Origin: Oxalobacteraceae bacterium UBA6704
GTDB lineage: Bacteria > Pseudomonadota > Gammaproteobacteria > Burkholderiales > Burkholderiaceae_D
Direction of reading: 5' to 3'
Length of the DNA stretch: 64,000 bases
Assembly (NCBI GenBank): GCA_002454505.1
Contig: DKJA01000148.1
Location: forward strand, 877 to 64,876
This document shows, piece after piece, positions 10,209 to 18,388 of this stretch (its first letter is position 1; each line of letters opens with the position of its first letter). The translations under genes were made by a program, and so were the position numbers. Under the pieces are notes generated by a model. It saw only the letters and a program-made list of their open reading frames with translations, was not told the DNA's origin and ran no database searches.

Positions 10209-10721
10209 TTAGCGGCGGCCGGAGAGGATTTGCGCGACGAGCTCCGGCACCGGCTCGCGGATGTCGAGGGTGATGCCCGCTTCGTCCGGCTGCAGCGGCT
10301 CCAGCGCGGCGAGCTGGCTGTCCAGCAGCGACAGCGGCATGTAGTGGCCCACGCGGGACGACATGCGCGCGGCGATCACGTCGCGGTCGCCGGCCAGGTG
10401 GGCGAAGCGCAGCCCGGGCGCGCCTTCGCGCAGCAGGTCGCGGTAGCGGCGTTTCAGCGACGAGCACGACAGCACGATGCCCTCGCCCCGCGCCACGGCA
10501 TCGCGGATCTCGCCCTGCAGCCGCGCCAGCCAGTGGACGCGGTCGCCGTCCGTCAGCGGCGTACCGGCCGCCATCTTGGCCACGTTTTCCGGCGAGTGGT
10601 AGCTGTCGCCTTCGACGAAGCGCACGCCGAGCCGCTGCGCCAGCGCGGCGCCCACCGAGCTCTTGCCGCAACCGCTGACGCCCATCACCACCCAGCGCGC
10701 ACCACCTTGTTCATCGATCAT
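10209..10721 (-). CDS. gntK: Gluconokinase (thermoresistant GntK type)
   Basis: VVMGVSGCGKS P-loop, EGDSYHSPENVAKMAAGTPLTDGDR, CSSLKRRYRD, HYMPLSLLDSQ. Confidence 0.95.
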   Translation of the reverse strand: MIDEQGGARWVVMGVSGCGKSSVGAALAQRLGVRFVEGDSYHSPENVAKMAAGTPLTDGDRVHWLARLQGEIRDAVARGEGIVLSCSSLKRRYRDLLREGAPGLRFAHLAGDRDVIAARMSSRVGHYMPLSLLDSQLAALEPLQPDEAGITLDIREPVPELVAQILSGRR

Positions 10722-10732
10722 CGTTGTCTTGC

Positions 10733-10785
10733 TGATAGCGCTATCATAATCATTCCAGTGTAAAGCAGGTGTGCTGGCAGTTCAA
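10733..10785 (-). promoter_or_regulatory. gntK promoter plus GntR operator
   Basis: Minus strand TTGAAC-N17-TACACT (10785-10757), followed by TGATAGCGCTATCA (10733-10746). Confidence 0.8.
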
Positions 10786-10798
10786 GATCGAAAGAAGA

Positions 10799-10939
10799 AA
10801 AACGGTGACAGGCACCTGCTGCAGCAGCGACCTATAGCGTACCGACCATCGCGGACGGTCCGACACGCATTTGCGCCATACCACCGGAAAATATTTCCAG
10901 ATAAATGGTCGGTTCGCCGCCCGGCCTGTCACCGGTTTT
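10799..10939. repeat. MITE/REP-like element (family B, core GGTGAC-A-GGCACC) with about 100 bp between the arms
   Basis: AAAACGGTGACAGGCACC ... GGCCTGTCACCGGTTTT arms; internal ACCGACCAT/ATGGTCGGT inverted pair; same arm as 22262-22324. Confidence 0.65.
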
Positions 10940-10947
10940 GTGGAGTG

Positions 10948-11976
10948 TCAGGCACTCTCCCGCGCCATCAGCGTGAAGCCCAGATCCAGCTGCGCCTGCT
11001 CAGGCCGTTCGCCGCGGATGGCGGCACGCAGCATCGTCGCGGCTTCGAAGCCGATGCGGTAGCGGGGCGTGCCGATCGTCGTCAGCGCCGGTTTCATCCA
11101 CGCCGATGCGGCCAGGTCGTTGAAGCCGCAGATGGCCAGCTGTTCCGGCACGGCGATGCCGCGGCGCTGGCACTGGTAGATGGCGCCGTGCGCCAGGTCG
11201 TCGTTGCAGCAGAAGATCGCGTCGCAGTCGGGCACCTGCGCCAGCATGCGGCCCACCAGTTCCGCGCCCAGCGCGATGGTGGACGGATCGGGCACCATCA
11301 GCTCCAGCCGCGGGTCGCTCATGCCTGCTTCCGCCATCGCCTTGCGGTAGCCTTCGGCGCGGCGCAGCGTGCGCTCGTCCAGCTGCGCGCCGATGAAGCC
11401 GATGCGCTTGCGGCCCTTGCCGATCAGGTAGCGCGTCATCGCCTGGCCCGCGTCGACCTGCGAGAAGCCCACGCACAGCAGGTCCGGATCGGGCGACAGG
11501 TCCATCATCGACACCACCGGCACGCGCGACGTCTCGAGCATCTGCTGCACGCGCGCGCTGTGCGTCAGGCCGGACAGCAGGATGCCGTCCGGGTTCGACT
11601 GCAGGTACACGTTCAGCAGCTTCTCTTCTTCCGCATCGGAGTAGCGCGTGTTCCCGATCAGCAGCTGGTAGTTGGCCTGGTCCAGCGCATCCTGGATCCC
11701 CTGCAGCACCGCGGTGAACACGGCGTTCGACAGCGACGGCACCAGCACCACGATCACGTTCGACTGGCTCGACGCCAGCGCCCGCGCGGCGCGGTTCGGC
11801 ACGTAGCCCAGGTCCTGCACGGCCTGTTCCACGCGCTGGCGCAGCAGGGACGACACGAGGCCGGGCTGGTTGATCGCGCGCGACGCCGTCATCGGCGCCA
11901 CGCCCGCCCGGGCCGCGACGTCGGTCAACGTGACGCGGCCGCTGGCGCGGCTTCGGCTGGGAGGGGTTCTGCTCAT
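10948..11976 (-). CDS. gntR: LacI-family gluconate repressor
   Basis: VTLTDVAARAGVAPMTASRAIN HTH, LGYVPNRAARALAS hinge, FCCNDDLAHGA, AICGFNDL; adjacent to gntK. Confidence 0.9.
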   Translation of the reverse strand: MSRTPPSRSRASGRVTLTDVAARAGVAPMTASRAINQPGLVSSLLRQRVEQAVQDLGYVPNRAARALASSQSNVIVVLVPSLSNAVFTAVLQGIQDALDQANYQLLIGNTRYSDAEEEKLLNVYLQSNPDGILLSGLTHSARVQQMLETSRVPVVSMMDLSPDPDLLCVGFSQVDAGQAMTRYLIGKGRKRIGFIGAQLDERTLRRAEGYRKAMAEAGMSDPRLELMVPDPSTIALGAELVGRMLAQVPDCDAIFCCNDDLAHGAIYQCQRRGIAVPEQLAICGFNDLAASAWMKPALTTIGTPRYRIGFEAATMLRAAIRGERPEQAQLDLGFTLMARESA

Positions 11977-12140
11977 CGTCGGATACGGCCTGGTTGTAGT
12001 GAGTCGATTTCGCCATACATCGCCGGGACTGTCAATGACGGCTCAGCAGGCGCGGCATGAAGCGTGCTCGTTTGACTCTATCTTACAGCCCATGCGAAGA
12101 TGGCCACCTCCTGCAACGCGACCGTAACCGGGGACACCCA

Positions 12141-12920
12141 GTGGACACCATACACATCGGCAGCTGGAACGAGTTCGTCAGGCTGACGTCGGAATGCGAC
12201 GGCTGGGCCTTCCGCGGCCTGCCCGATGCGAACTGGCAGCTGATGAGTTCTCTGTCCCGCTACCTGCACAGCTTCGTGCCCGACCAGGACTCGTGGCGCC
12301 AGCGCGAGGAAAGGGCGCTGCGCATCTTCCGCCGCAAAGCCCACATCTACCTCGACGATGCGAGTGTGCTGGAAGACGATATCCGCTGCCTCGCGCTGAT
12401 GCAGCACCACGGCGCACCGACCCGCATGCTGGACTTCACCAAGTCCCCGTTCGTGGCGGCGTTCTTCGCGCTGAACAATACCAACTGCAGCGCGGCCGTG
12501 TTCGCGCTCGACACGCCGACCATGTGGCGGGCCGCACCGCGCAGCGATCCCACGCTGCGCCGCGAGGCGATCGACCCGCGCGAGCCGGGCAACTTCGAGC
12601 GCCACTTTGCCGCCAACAGCAAGGAGATCATCTGGGTGGGCGAGCCGGAGGCGATGGACCGCCGCCTCGTCGCGCAGTCCGGCACCTTTGTCGTGCCGGG
12701 CGTGCTCGACAAGCCGCTGGACGAGATCATCCGCCAGTACGAGAACGGCAACTCGCTGATCCGCAAGCTGGTGCTGCCGCCGGCGATCCGCGCCGAAGCA
12801 ATGCTGTCGCTGTACCGGATGAACATCACGCACGCCACGCTGTTCCCCGACCTCGACGGCCTGGCCCGCTCGATCGGCTACGAGCTGGAGATCACGTGGC
12901 CGGGGCATCGCCACGCCTGA
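12141..12920 (+). CDS. FRG domain-containing protein
   Basis: WAFRG...LMQHHGAPTRMLDFTKSPFVAAFFA, RLVAQSGTF, LYRMNITHATLFPDLDG. Likely start is GTG 12141 (GGGGA RBS); the ORF track extends it to 12057. Confidence 0.88.
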   Translation: MDTIHIGSWNEFVRLTSECDGWAFRGLPDANWQLMSSLSRYLHSFVPDQDSWRQREERALRIFRRKAHIYLDDASVLEDDIRCLALMQHHGAPTRMLDFTKSPFVAAFFALNNTNCSAAVFALDTPTMWRAAPRSDPTLRREAIDPREPGNFERHFAANSKEIIWVGEPEAMDRRLVAQSGTFVVPGVLDKPLDEIIRQYENGNSLIRKLVLPPAIRAEAMLSLYRMNITHATLFPDLDGLARSIGYELEITWPGHRHA

Positions 12921-12968
12921 ACCGTCATGCTAAGCTGACAGCTTTCACCACGCAACGCAAGCCAACCG

Positions 12969-13661
12969 ATGAGCCGCACCGGCCGACTGTTCCAGCTGAT
13001 GGATGCCCTGCGCGGCAACCGCCATCCCGTCACGGCCGCCGTGCTGGCCGAGCGGCTGGGCGTGTCCGAACGGACGATCTACCGCGACATTGCTGCGCTG
13101 GCCGAACTGGGCGCGCCCGTCGAAGGTTCGGCCGGCGTCGGCTACCTGCTCAAGTCAGGTTTCTTTTTACCGCCGCTGATGTTCGGTGCGGACGAGCTGG
13201 AAGCGCTCGTGCTGGGCGCCCGCTGGGTGCGCCGGCAGGGCGATGCGGCGCTGGCGCAGGCGGCCACCACCGCGCTGGCCAAGATCGCCACGGCCACGCC
13301 GAAAGACTTGCGCGATGAAATGGCCGAAACGAGCCTGTGGGTGCCGATCGGCCCGATGCAGCCCGAGTTCGAAACCTTCGTGCAGCCGGCCCGCGAAGCG
13401 ATCCGCCGCCAGCACAAGCTGCGCATCCGCTACAGCGACGAGCACGGCCAGCCGTCCGAACGCACCGTGTGGCCGTTCGCGCTGGCCTATATCGATGGCC
13501 GCCGCCTGCTCGCGGCCTGGTGCGAACTGCGCGACGCGCAGCGCCACTTCCGCATCGACCGCATCCGCGCCGCCGATCCCATCGCGCAGCGCTATCCCAC
13601 GCCCCGCCACGTGCTGATCCGTAACTGGCGCGCCGAGCACGGCATCCACGAAGACTCCTGA
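12969..13661 (+). CDS. YafY-family HTH-WYL transcriptional regulator
   Basis: MSRTGRLFQL...LGVSERTIYRDI wHTH, GVGYLL, LPPLMF, RTVWPFAL, AWCELRDAQRHFRIDRI (WYL domain). Confidence 0.95.
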   Translation: MSRTGRLFQLMDALRGNRHPVTAAVLAERLGVSERTIYRDIAALAELGAPVEGSAGVGYLLKSGFFLPPLMFGADELEALVLGARWVRRQGDAALAQAATTALAKIATATPKDLRDEMAETSLWVPIGPMQPEFETFVQPAREAIRRQHKLRIRYSDEHGQPSERTVWPFALAYIDGRRLLAAWCELRDAQRHFRIDRIRAADPIAQRYPTPRHVLIRNWRAEHGIHEDS

Positions 13662-13690
13662 CAGGATCTGTCACGGCCGGCCGGCACAAT
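13659..13690 (+). promoter_or_regulatory. Putative WYL-regulator operator and promoter
   Basis: Palindrome TGACA-GGATC-TGTCA overlaps the WYL stop codon; its downstream half forms TGTCAC-N10-CACAAT. Confidence 0.6.
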
Positions 13691-13754
13691 GACGGGATTG
13701 AAGTTTATGTGAATTGGCGCACAGAGCATCGCCGGCCCAGGCCTTACTATGGAG

Positions 13755-13816
13755 CTGTCTCTTTCAGGACATCCCTAGTTTTGGACTTGGCCCGCTCTCG
13801 CAGCGGGCATTTTTTT
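13755..13816 (+). ncRNA. Putative double-hairpin small RNA resembling betaproteobacterial 'toxic small RNA'-like sRNAs
   Basis: -10 TACTAT at 13745-13750; 5' CTGTCTC; stem TCAGGAC/GTTTTGG around the C-rich loop ATCCCTA; terminator GCCCGCT-CTCGC-AGCGGGC-ATTTTTTT. Confidence 0.6.
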
Positions 13817-13853
13817 GCCTGTCGCCTGCGCGCCACCGATACGTGGAGCACGC

Positions 13854-14036
13854 ATGCAAGACCTGTATCAAAGCCTGCTGGGTGTGAGGCACCCGCTGCC
13901 GCCTGCCAACGAGGAACCTGGCCAGGCGACCGATCACGTGTGGGATGCCGCCGATGGCGAAGGCCCGGACCGCCTGTTCAACCGTTACCGGCGGCTGCGG
14001 CTGCAGGCGCTGGCGCCGGCGGAAAACGCAGCGTGA
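13854..14036 (+). CDS. Small hypothetical protein (60 aa)
   Basis: GGAG RBS then MQDLYQSLLGVRHPLPPANEEPGQATDHVWD...[13 protein letters not shown]; its 3' end overlaps the end of the kinase gene convergently. Confidence 0.55.
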   Translation: MQDLYQSLLGVRHPLPPANEEPGQATDHVWDAADGEGPDRLFNRYRRLRLQALAPAENAA

Positions 14037-15417
14037 ACACGGTGGCCCCGGCCGAACTGTGCACCGTCGCCTCGCCGCCGTGCAGCTGCATCACGGCGCG
14101 CACGATGGCCAGGCCAAGGCCCGTGGACCCTTCCGCCGCACCGTCTGCCAAAGCGCCGCTGTCGCCCCGCGCCGGATCGGCCCGTACATAACGTTCGAAC
14201 ACGCGTTCCAGCAGTTGCGGCGCGATCGGCTCGCCCGAATTGGTGACGGCGATCGTGCCGTGCTGCGCGTGCAGGGCAATCGTGCCGCCGCGCGGCGTGT
14301 GCCGCACCGCGTTCGACACGAGGTTGCCGACGGCGCGCCGCAGCAGCACCGCGTCGGCCCAGATGACGCCTGCCGCATCGAGCCGCAGCGTCACGCCGTT
14401 GTCCTCGGCCAGCACCTCGAAATAATCGCGGATGCGCGCCAGCTCGGCCTGCGCATCGAGCGCCTCGCGGCGCATCGCCAGCTGGGCATTGTCGGCGCGC
14501 GCCAGGAACAGCGTATTCTCGATCATCCGGCCCAGCCGCTCGTATTCCTCCGTGTTCGATGCCAGCAGCGCCTGGTATTCGTCTGCCGTGCGCGCCCGTG
14601 CCAGTGCGACCTGGGTTTCCATCATCAGCGCGTTGACGGGCGTGCGCAGGTCGTGCGCCAGGTCCGCCGCGAAGCCGGACAGCCGCTGCACGCCTTCTTC
14701 CAGCCGGTCCAGCATGCCGTTGAACGCATGGATCAGCGGCCGCAGCTCGGCCGGCACGGCCGCGCCGTCCAGCCGCGTGTTGAGGCGGTGCGCACTGATC
14801 GTGTCCGCCTCGCGTGCCACGTCGCGCAGCGGGCGCAGCGCCTGGCGCACGGTGACGAAGGCCAGGCCGGCCACCACCAGGGTGCCCAGCAGCAGGGCGC
14901 CCAGCAGGTCGACGGCGTAGCGCTTCAGCAGCGCCAGGCGGTCGGAGCGTTCGCGGGCGATGGTGATCACCAGCGGTGGCTGGTCGCGGCCCGCGCTGCC
15001 CTGCACCGCCACGGCACGCGCCGTGCCGGCCGCGCCAGGCCAGTCCTGCACGTCGGACCGTGCGGGCACGCGCGCCAGCGGCACGGCCGGCAGTGGCGTG
15101 GACGGGAAGGTGCGCGATGCCGTCTGCGCCACCGTGCGGCCGTCGGCCGTGGTCAGGCGCAGCAGCATGCCATCCTCGCCCAGCACATTGTCGAGCACCA
15201 TCTGCAGCTCTTCCGGCATGGCCAGCGGCATCGGCCGGCTCTGCAGCACCTGCCGCATCAGCACCGCCTTGTTCAGCATGGCCTGGTCGTCGCGCGCGGC
15301 CATCTGCCGCTGCAGCGTCTGGTACAGGTAGGCGCCGACGGCGACGAACACGCAGGCCGCGATGGCGGAGAACAGCAGCGCGAGGCGCAGCGTGACGGAC
15401 AGCTTTTTCAACGTCAT
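13978..15417 (-). CDS. Heavy-metal sensor histidine kinase (CusS/CzcS/IrlS family)
   Basis: [12 protein letters not shown]1, [17 protein letters not shown]-box, [19 protein letters not shown]. Start ATG 15417 overlaps the regulator's stop. Confidence 0.92.
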   Translation of the reverse strand: MTLKKLSVTLRLALLFSAIAACVFVAVGAYLYQTLQRQMAARDDQAMLNKAVLMRQVLQSRPMPLAMPEELQMVLDNVLGEDGMLLRLTTADGRTVAQTASRTFPSTPLPAVPLARVPARSDVQDWPGAAGTARAVAVQGSAGRDQPPLVITIARERSDRLALLKRYAVDLLGALLLGTLVVAGLAFVTVRQALRPLRDVAREADTISAHRLNTRLDGAAVPAELRPLIHAFNGMLDRLEEGVQRLSGFAADLAHDLRTPVNALMMETQVALARARTADEYQALLASNTEEYERLGRMIENTLFLARADNAQLAMRREALDAQAELARIRDYFEVLAEDNGVTLRLDAAGVIWADAVLLRRAVGNLVSNAVRHTPRGGTIALHAQHGTIAVTNSGEPIAPQLLERVFERYVRADPARGDSGALADGAAEGSTGLGLAIVRAVMQLHGGEATVHSSAGATVFTLRFPPAPAPAAAAAGNG

Positions 15418-16085
15418 CCCCGCGCTTCGACGAGATAGCCGATGCCGCGCACCGTGTGCACCAGCTTGGCGGGCCACGGATCGTCCACCTTGGCGCGCAG
15501 CCGGCGGATCGCCACGTCCACCACATTGGTGTCGGAATCGAAGTTCATGTCCCACACCTGCGAGGCGATCAGGGAGCGCGACAGCACTTCGCCCTGGCGC
15601 CGCGCCAGCAGGTGCAGCAGCGCGAATTCCTTCGGCGTCAGGTCGATGCGGCGGCCGGCGCGGGCCACCTTGTGGCGCAGCACGTCGATCTCCAGGTCGG
15701 CGATGCGGATCACTTCGGCCTCGCGCACGGGGCCGCGCCGCAGCAGCGTGCGGATGCGCGCCACCAGCTCGGTGAAGGCGAACGGCTTGACAAGGTAGTC
15801 GTCGGCGCCCAGTTCCAGCCCGCGCACGCGGTCGGCCACGTCGTCGCGCGCCGTCAGGAACAGCACCGGCGTGTCCTTCCGTTCGCGCAGTTTTGCCAGC
15901 ACGGACCAGCCGTCCAGCCCGGGCAGCATCACGTCCAGCACGACGAGGTCGTAGTCTTCTTCCAGCGCCAGGTGCAGGCCGTCCGGCCCCGTCTGCGCCA
16001 GGTCGGCGGCAAAGCCGGATTCCTGCAGGCCCTTGTGCAGGTAGCCGCCCGTTTTCGGTTCGTCTTCGACGATCAGTATGCGCAT
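15414..16085 (-). CDS. Heavy-metal response regulator (CusR/CopR/IrlR family)
   Basis: [49 protein letters not shown] family signature. Confidence 0.95.
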   Translation of the reverse strand: MRILIVEDEPKTGGYLHKGLQESGFAADLAQTGPDGLHLALEEDYDLVVLDVMLPGLDGWSVLAKLRERKDTPVLFLTARDDVADRVRGLELGADDYLVKPFAFTELVARIRTLLRRGPVREAEVIRIADLEIDVLRHKVARAGRRIDLTPKEFALLHLLARRQGEVLSRSLIASQVWDMNFDSDTNVVDVAIRRLRAKVDDPWPAKLVHTVRGIGYLVEARG

Positions 16086-16145
16086 CGTGTGCTCCAGCCT
16101 TCCTTGTGTACCCCCGCATTGTGCGCTTTCGCGGCGCTGTTGCGG

Positions 16146-16161
16146 ATGACAAAACTGTCAT
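16146..16161. promoter_or_regulatory. CusR/CopR box
   Basis: ATGACAAAACTGTCAT palindrome in the divergent intergenic region, followed by two more GTCA at 11-bp spacing. Confidence 0.8.
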
Positions 16162-16228
16162 GTGCCCGTCATGCACGCGTCACCCGGCGGCTTCGATACT
16201 GGAGGCCTCAAACCACCAGGAGAACATC

Positions 16229-16573
16229 ATGAACACCACCATTATCGCCCGCATTGCCGCAGCCTGCGCCACCGCTTCCGTCCTTGTCCTGCAGGCTCCC
16301 GCGGCCAATGCCATGCCCGTCTCGATGACCATGGGGATGCTGGCCGGCGCCGACGCGGCCAGCCGCACGATCGTCGTCAAGGAAGGTACCCGCAACGTCA
16401 ACGTGGAAAACGGCGAGACCGTCCGTTTCGACGTGAACGGCAAATCGTTCGCCTACACCTTCAACACCTTTGGCAACGAGACGGCATTCGACCTGTCGGC
16501 CATCGCGCCTGCCGGCTTCGCCGTACCGGCGGTGCATGTGTACGTGGCACCCAACCCGCTGTACCGGGGCTGA
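16229..16573 (+). CDS. CzcE-family periplasmic metal-binding protein
   Basis: AGGAG RBS, signal peptide, RTIVV..GTRNVNVENGETVRFDVNGKSFAYTF, VYVAPNPLY. Confidence 0.85.
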   Translation: MNTTIIARIAAACATASVLVLQAPAANAMPVSMTMGMLAGADAASRTIVVKEGTRNVNVENGETVRFDVNGKSFAYTFNTFGNETAFDLSAIAPAGFAVPAVHVYVAPNPLYRG

Positions 16574-16574
16574 C

Positions 16575-16976
16575 GTGCGCGGCCTGACGATGGTGCCGGC
16601 GTTGCTGGTTGCGCTGGCCGGCAGCGCGGCGGCGCAGCCGATGACGCACATGCACGGTGACAGCGCGGCCAGGGCGCCGGTCTTCGTGGCCAGCAGCGGC
16701 AAGCCGTTCGCCGCGCTGATGGACGATGCGATGGCCGTGATGGACGACGGCATGCGCCGCGCACCGATGGACGGCCGCCCGGAGCACGACTTCGTGACGA
16801 TGATGCTGCCGCATCACCAGGGCGCGGTGGACATGGCGCGCGCCGTGCTGCTGCACACGCAGGATCCCGAGCTGCGCAACCTGGCGCTGGGCATCATTGC
16901 CGAACAGCAGAACGAGATCAACGTGATGCGGGCCTGGCTGGCCCGCCACGGACAGGACGAGGAGAAGACGAAATGA
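16575..16976 (+). CDS. DUF305 (CopM-like) periplasmic metal-binding protein
   Basis: Signal peptide, Met/His-rich, DFVTMMLPHHQGAVDMA, IIAEQQNEINVM. Start is GTG 16575 or ATG 16590. Confidence 0.88.
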   Translation: MRGLTMVPALLVALAGSAAAQPMTHMHGDSAARAPVFVASSGKPFAALMDDAMAVMDDGMRRAPMDGRPEHDFVTMMLPHHQGAVDMARAVLLHTQDPELRNLALGIIAEQQNEINVMRAWLARHGQDEEKTK

Positions 16977-18379
16977 AGAAGACCATGATCGCGCTGGCCG
17001 CGCTGCCGGCCGCACTGTTGCTGTCGCAGGCCGCGCTGGCGCTGCCGGATGCGACCGACCGCGTATATACGGCGGACCAGAACACCAACACGATCTCGGT
17101 GTTCGACCCCGCCGCCAACCGGCTGCTGGGCCAGATCCGCCTTGGCAATGCGCGGCCGGACGTGCTGTCGCCGCTGTACCGCGGCGAGATCAATGTGCAC
17201 GGGCTGGGCTTCTCGCCCGACCACAAGACGTTGATCGCCATTTCGAACGGTTCGAACTCGGTGACCTTCATCGACACGGCCACCAACCGGGTGAAGGGCA
17301 AGACCTATGTGGGCCGCTCGCCGCACGAAGGCTTCTTCACGGCCGACGGCAAGGAAGTGTGGGTGGTCGTGCGCGGCGAAGACTATATTTCCGTCATCGA
17401 TCCGCGGACGTTCAGGGAAACCCGCCGCATCCCGACGGCCGTCGGCCCCGGCATGGTGCAGTTCCTCCCGGACGGCAAGCTGGCCTTCGCCGTCTCGAGC
17501 TTCACGCCCGAGGTGGATGTGATCGACGTGCAGCGCCATGAAGTGATCCGCCGGATTCCCGTCGCCAGCCCGTTCTCGCCGTTCCTGCAGTTCACGCCGG
17601 ATGCCCGCGAGATGTGGATGACGCACAAGGACGTCGGCAAGGTGACCCGCATCGATACCCGCACGCTGCAGGTGACGGGCGTGATCGATACGGGCTTCAT
17701 CACCAACCACCTGGCGTTTGCCAGGGTCGGCGGGCGCGTACTGGCGTATGTCACGGTCGGCGGCGAGAACGTCGTCAAGGTGTACACGACGGACGATCAG
17801 GCACGGCTGGTGGCGACGATACCCACCGGCGCGCTGCCGCACGGGATCTGGACATCGGACGATTCGACCCGCCTGTACGTGGGCCTGGAGAACGGCGATG
17901 GCGTCGATGTCATCGATCCGGCTGCCGGCAAGGTCGTGGCGCACATGCCGGGCGGTCAGGCGCCGCAGGCGCTGGTCTACCTGTCCGGCGTGGCGAAGGC
18001 GGGCGACGCCGCCAACCTGGTCCCGCGCGTCAACGGCGAGTCGGCCACGGTGGCACTGAAGCCGCAACAGGGCAATGCGGCCGGCTACGTGGTGGTGCGG
18101 CCGCTGGGCGTGACGGACAGCATGGAAGTGGCGCTGTTCCGCCTCAGGCCGGACACGGTGTACAGCGTGTACCTGGCCGGCAGCAAGGCGCCGTCCGGCA
18201 CGTTCCGCACCGATGCGAAGGGTGCCGCGAACGGCACCATGATCGGGCCGGTACGCAGCTTTGCCGCCGATGACAATACCGACAAGAAGGTAGAGAACAA
18301 CGGCGCCGCGCGGCGGTTCATCGTCGTCGAAGGCGCAGATGAGGAGCCGGCCGAAGCGAAGGCGGTGCTGCGCAGCTGA
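16973..18379 (+). CDS. YncE-family YVTN beta-propeller exported protein
   Basis: Signal peptide; DRVYTADQNTNTISVFDP, NVHGLGFSPD, YVGRSPHE propeller repeats. Confidence 0.85.
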   Translation: MKKTMIALAALPAALLLSQAALALPDATDRVYTADQNTNTISVFDPAANRLLGQIRLGNARPDVLSPLYRGEINVHGLGFSPDHKTLIAISNGSNSVTFIDTATNRVKGKTYVGRSPHEGFFTADGKEVWVVVRGEDYISVIDPRTFRETRRIPTAVGPGMVQFLPDGKLAFAVSSFTPEVDVIDVQRHEVIRRIPVASPFSPFLQFTPDAREMWMTHKDVGKVTRIDTRTLQVTGVIDTGFITNHLAFARVGGRVLAYVTVGGENVVKVYTTDDQARLVATIPTGALPHGIWTSDDSTRLYVGLENGDGVDVIDPAAGKVVAHMPGGQAPQALVYLSGVAKAGDAANLVPRVNGESATVALKPQQGNAAGYVVVRPLGVTDSMEVALFRLRPDTVYSVYLAGSKAPSGTFRTDAKGAANGTMIGPVRSFAADDNTDKKVENNGAARRFIVVEGADEEPAEAKAVLRS

Positions 18380-18388
18380 GCCGGCAGC

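Noticed and set aside
13709..14191. 160-aa ORF as the WYL target gene
   Set aside because: GTG start with no RBS, runs through a strong terminator, low-complexity product, and overlaps the kinase in antisense.
13978..16176. 732-aa extended kinase ORF, and other N-terminal extensions in the ORF track (1669-3663, 15893-16573, 49771-50670, 52301-53467, 57924-59093)
   Set aside because: The extensions overlap neighbouring genes or repeats; internal starts with an RBS or ATGA coupling give normal-length proteins.
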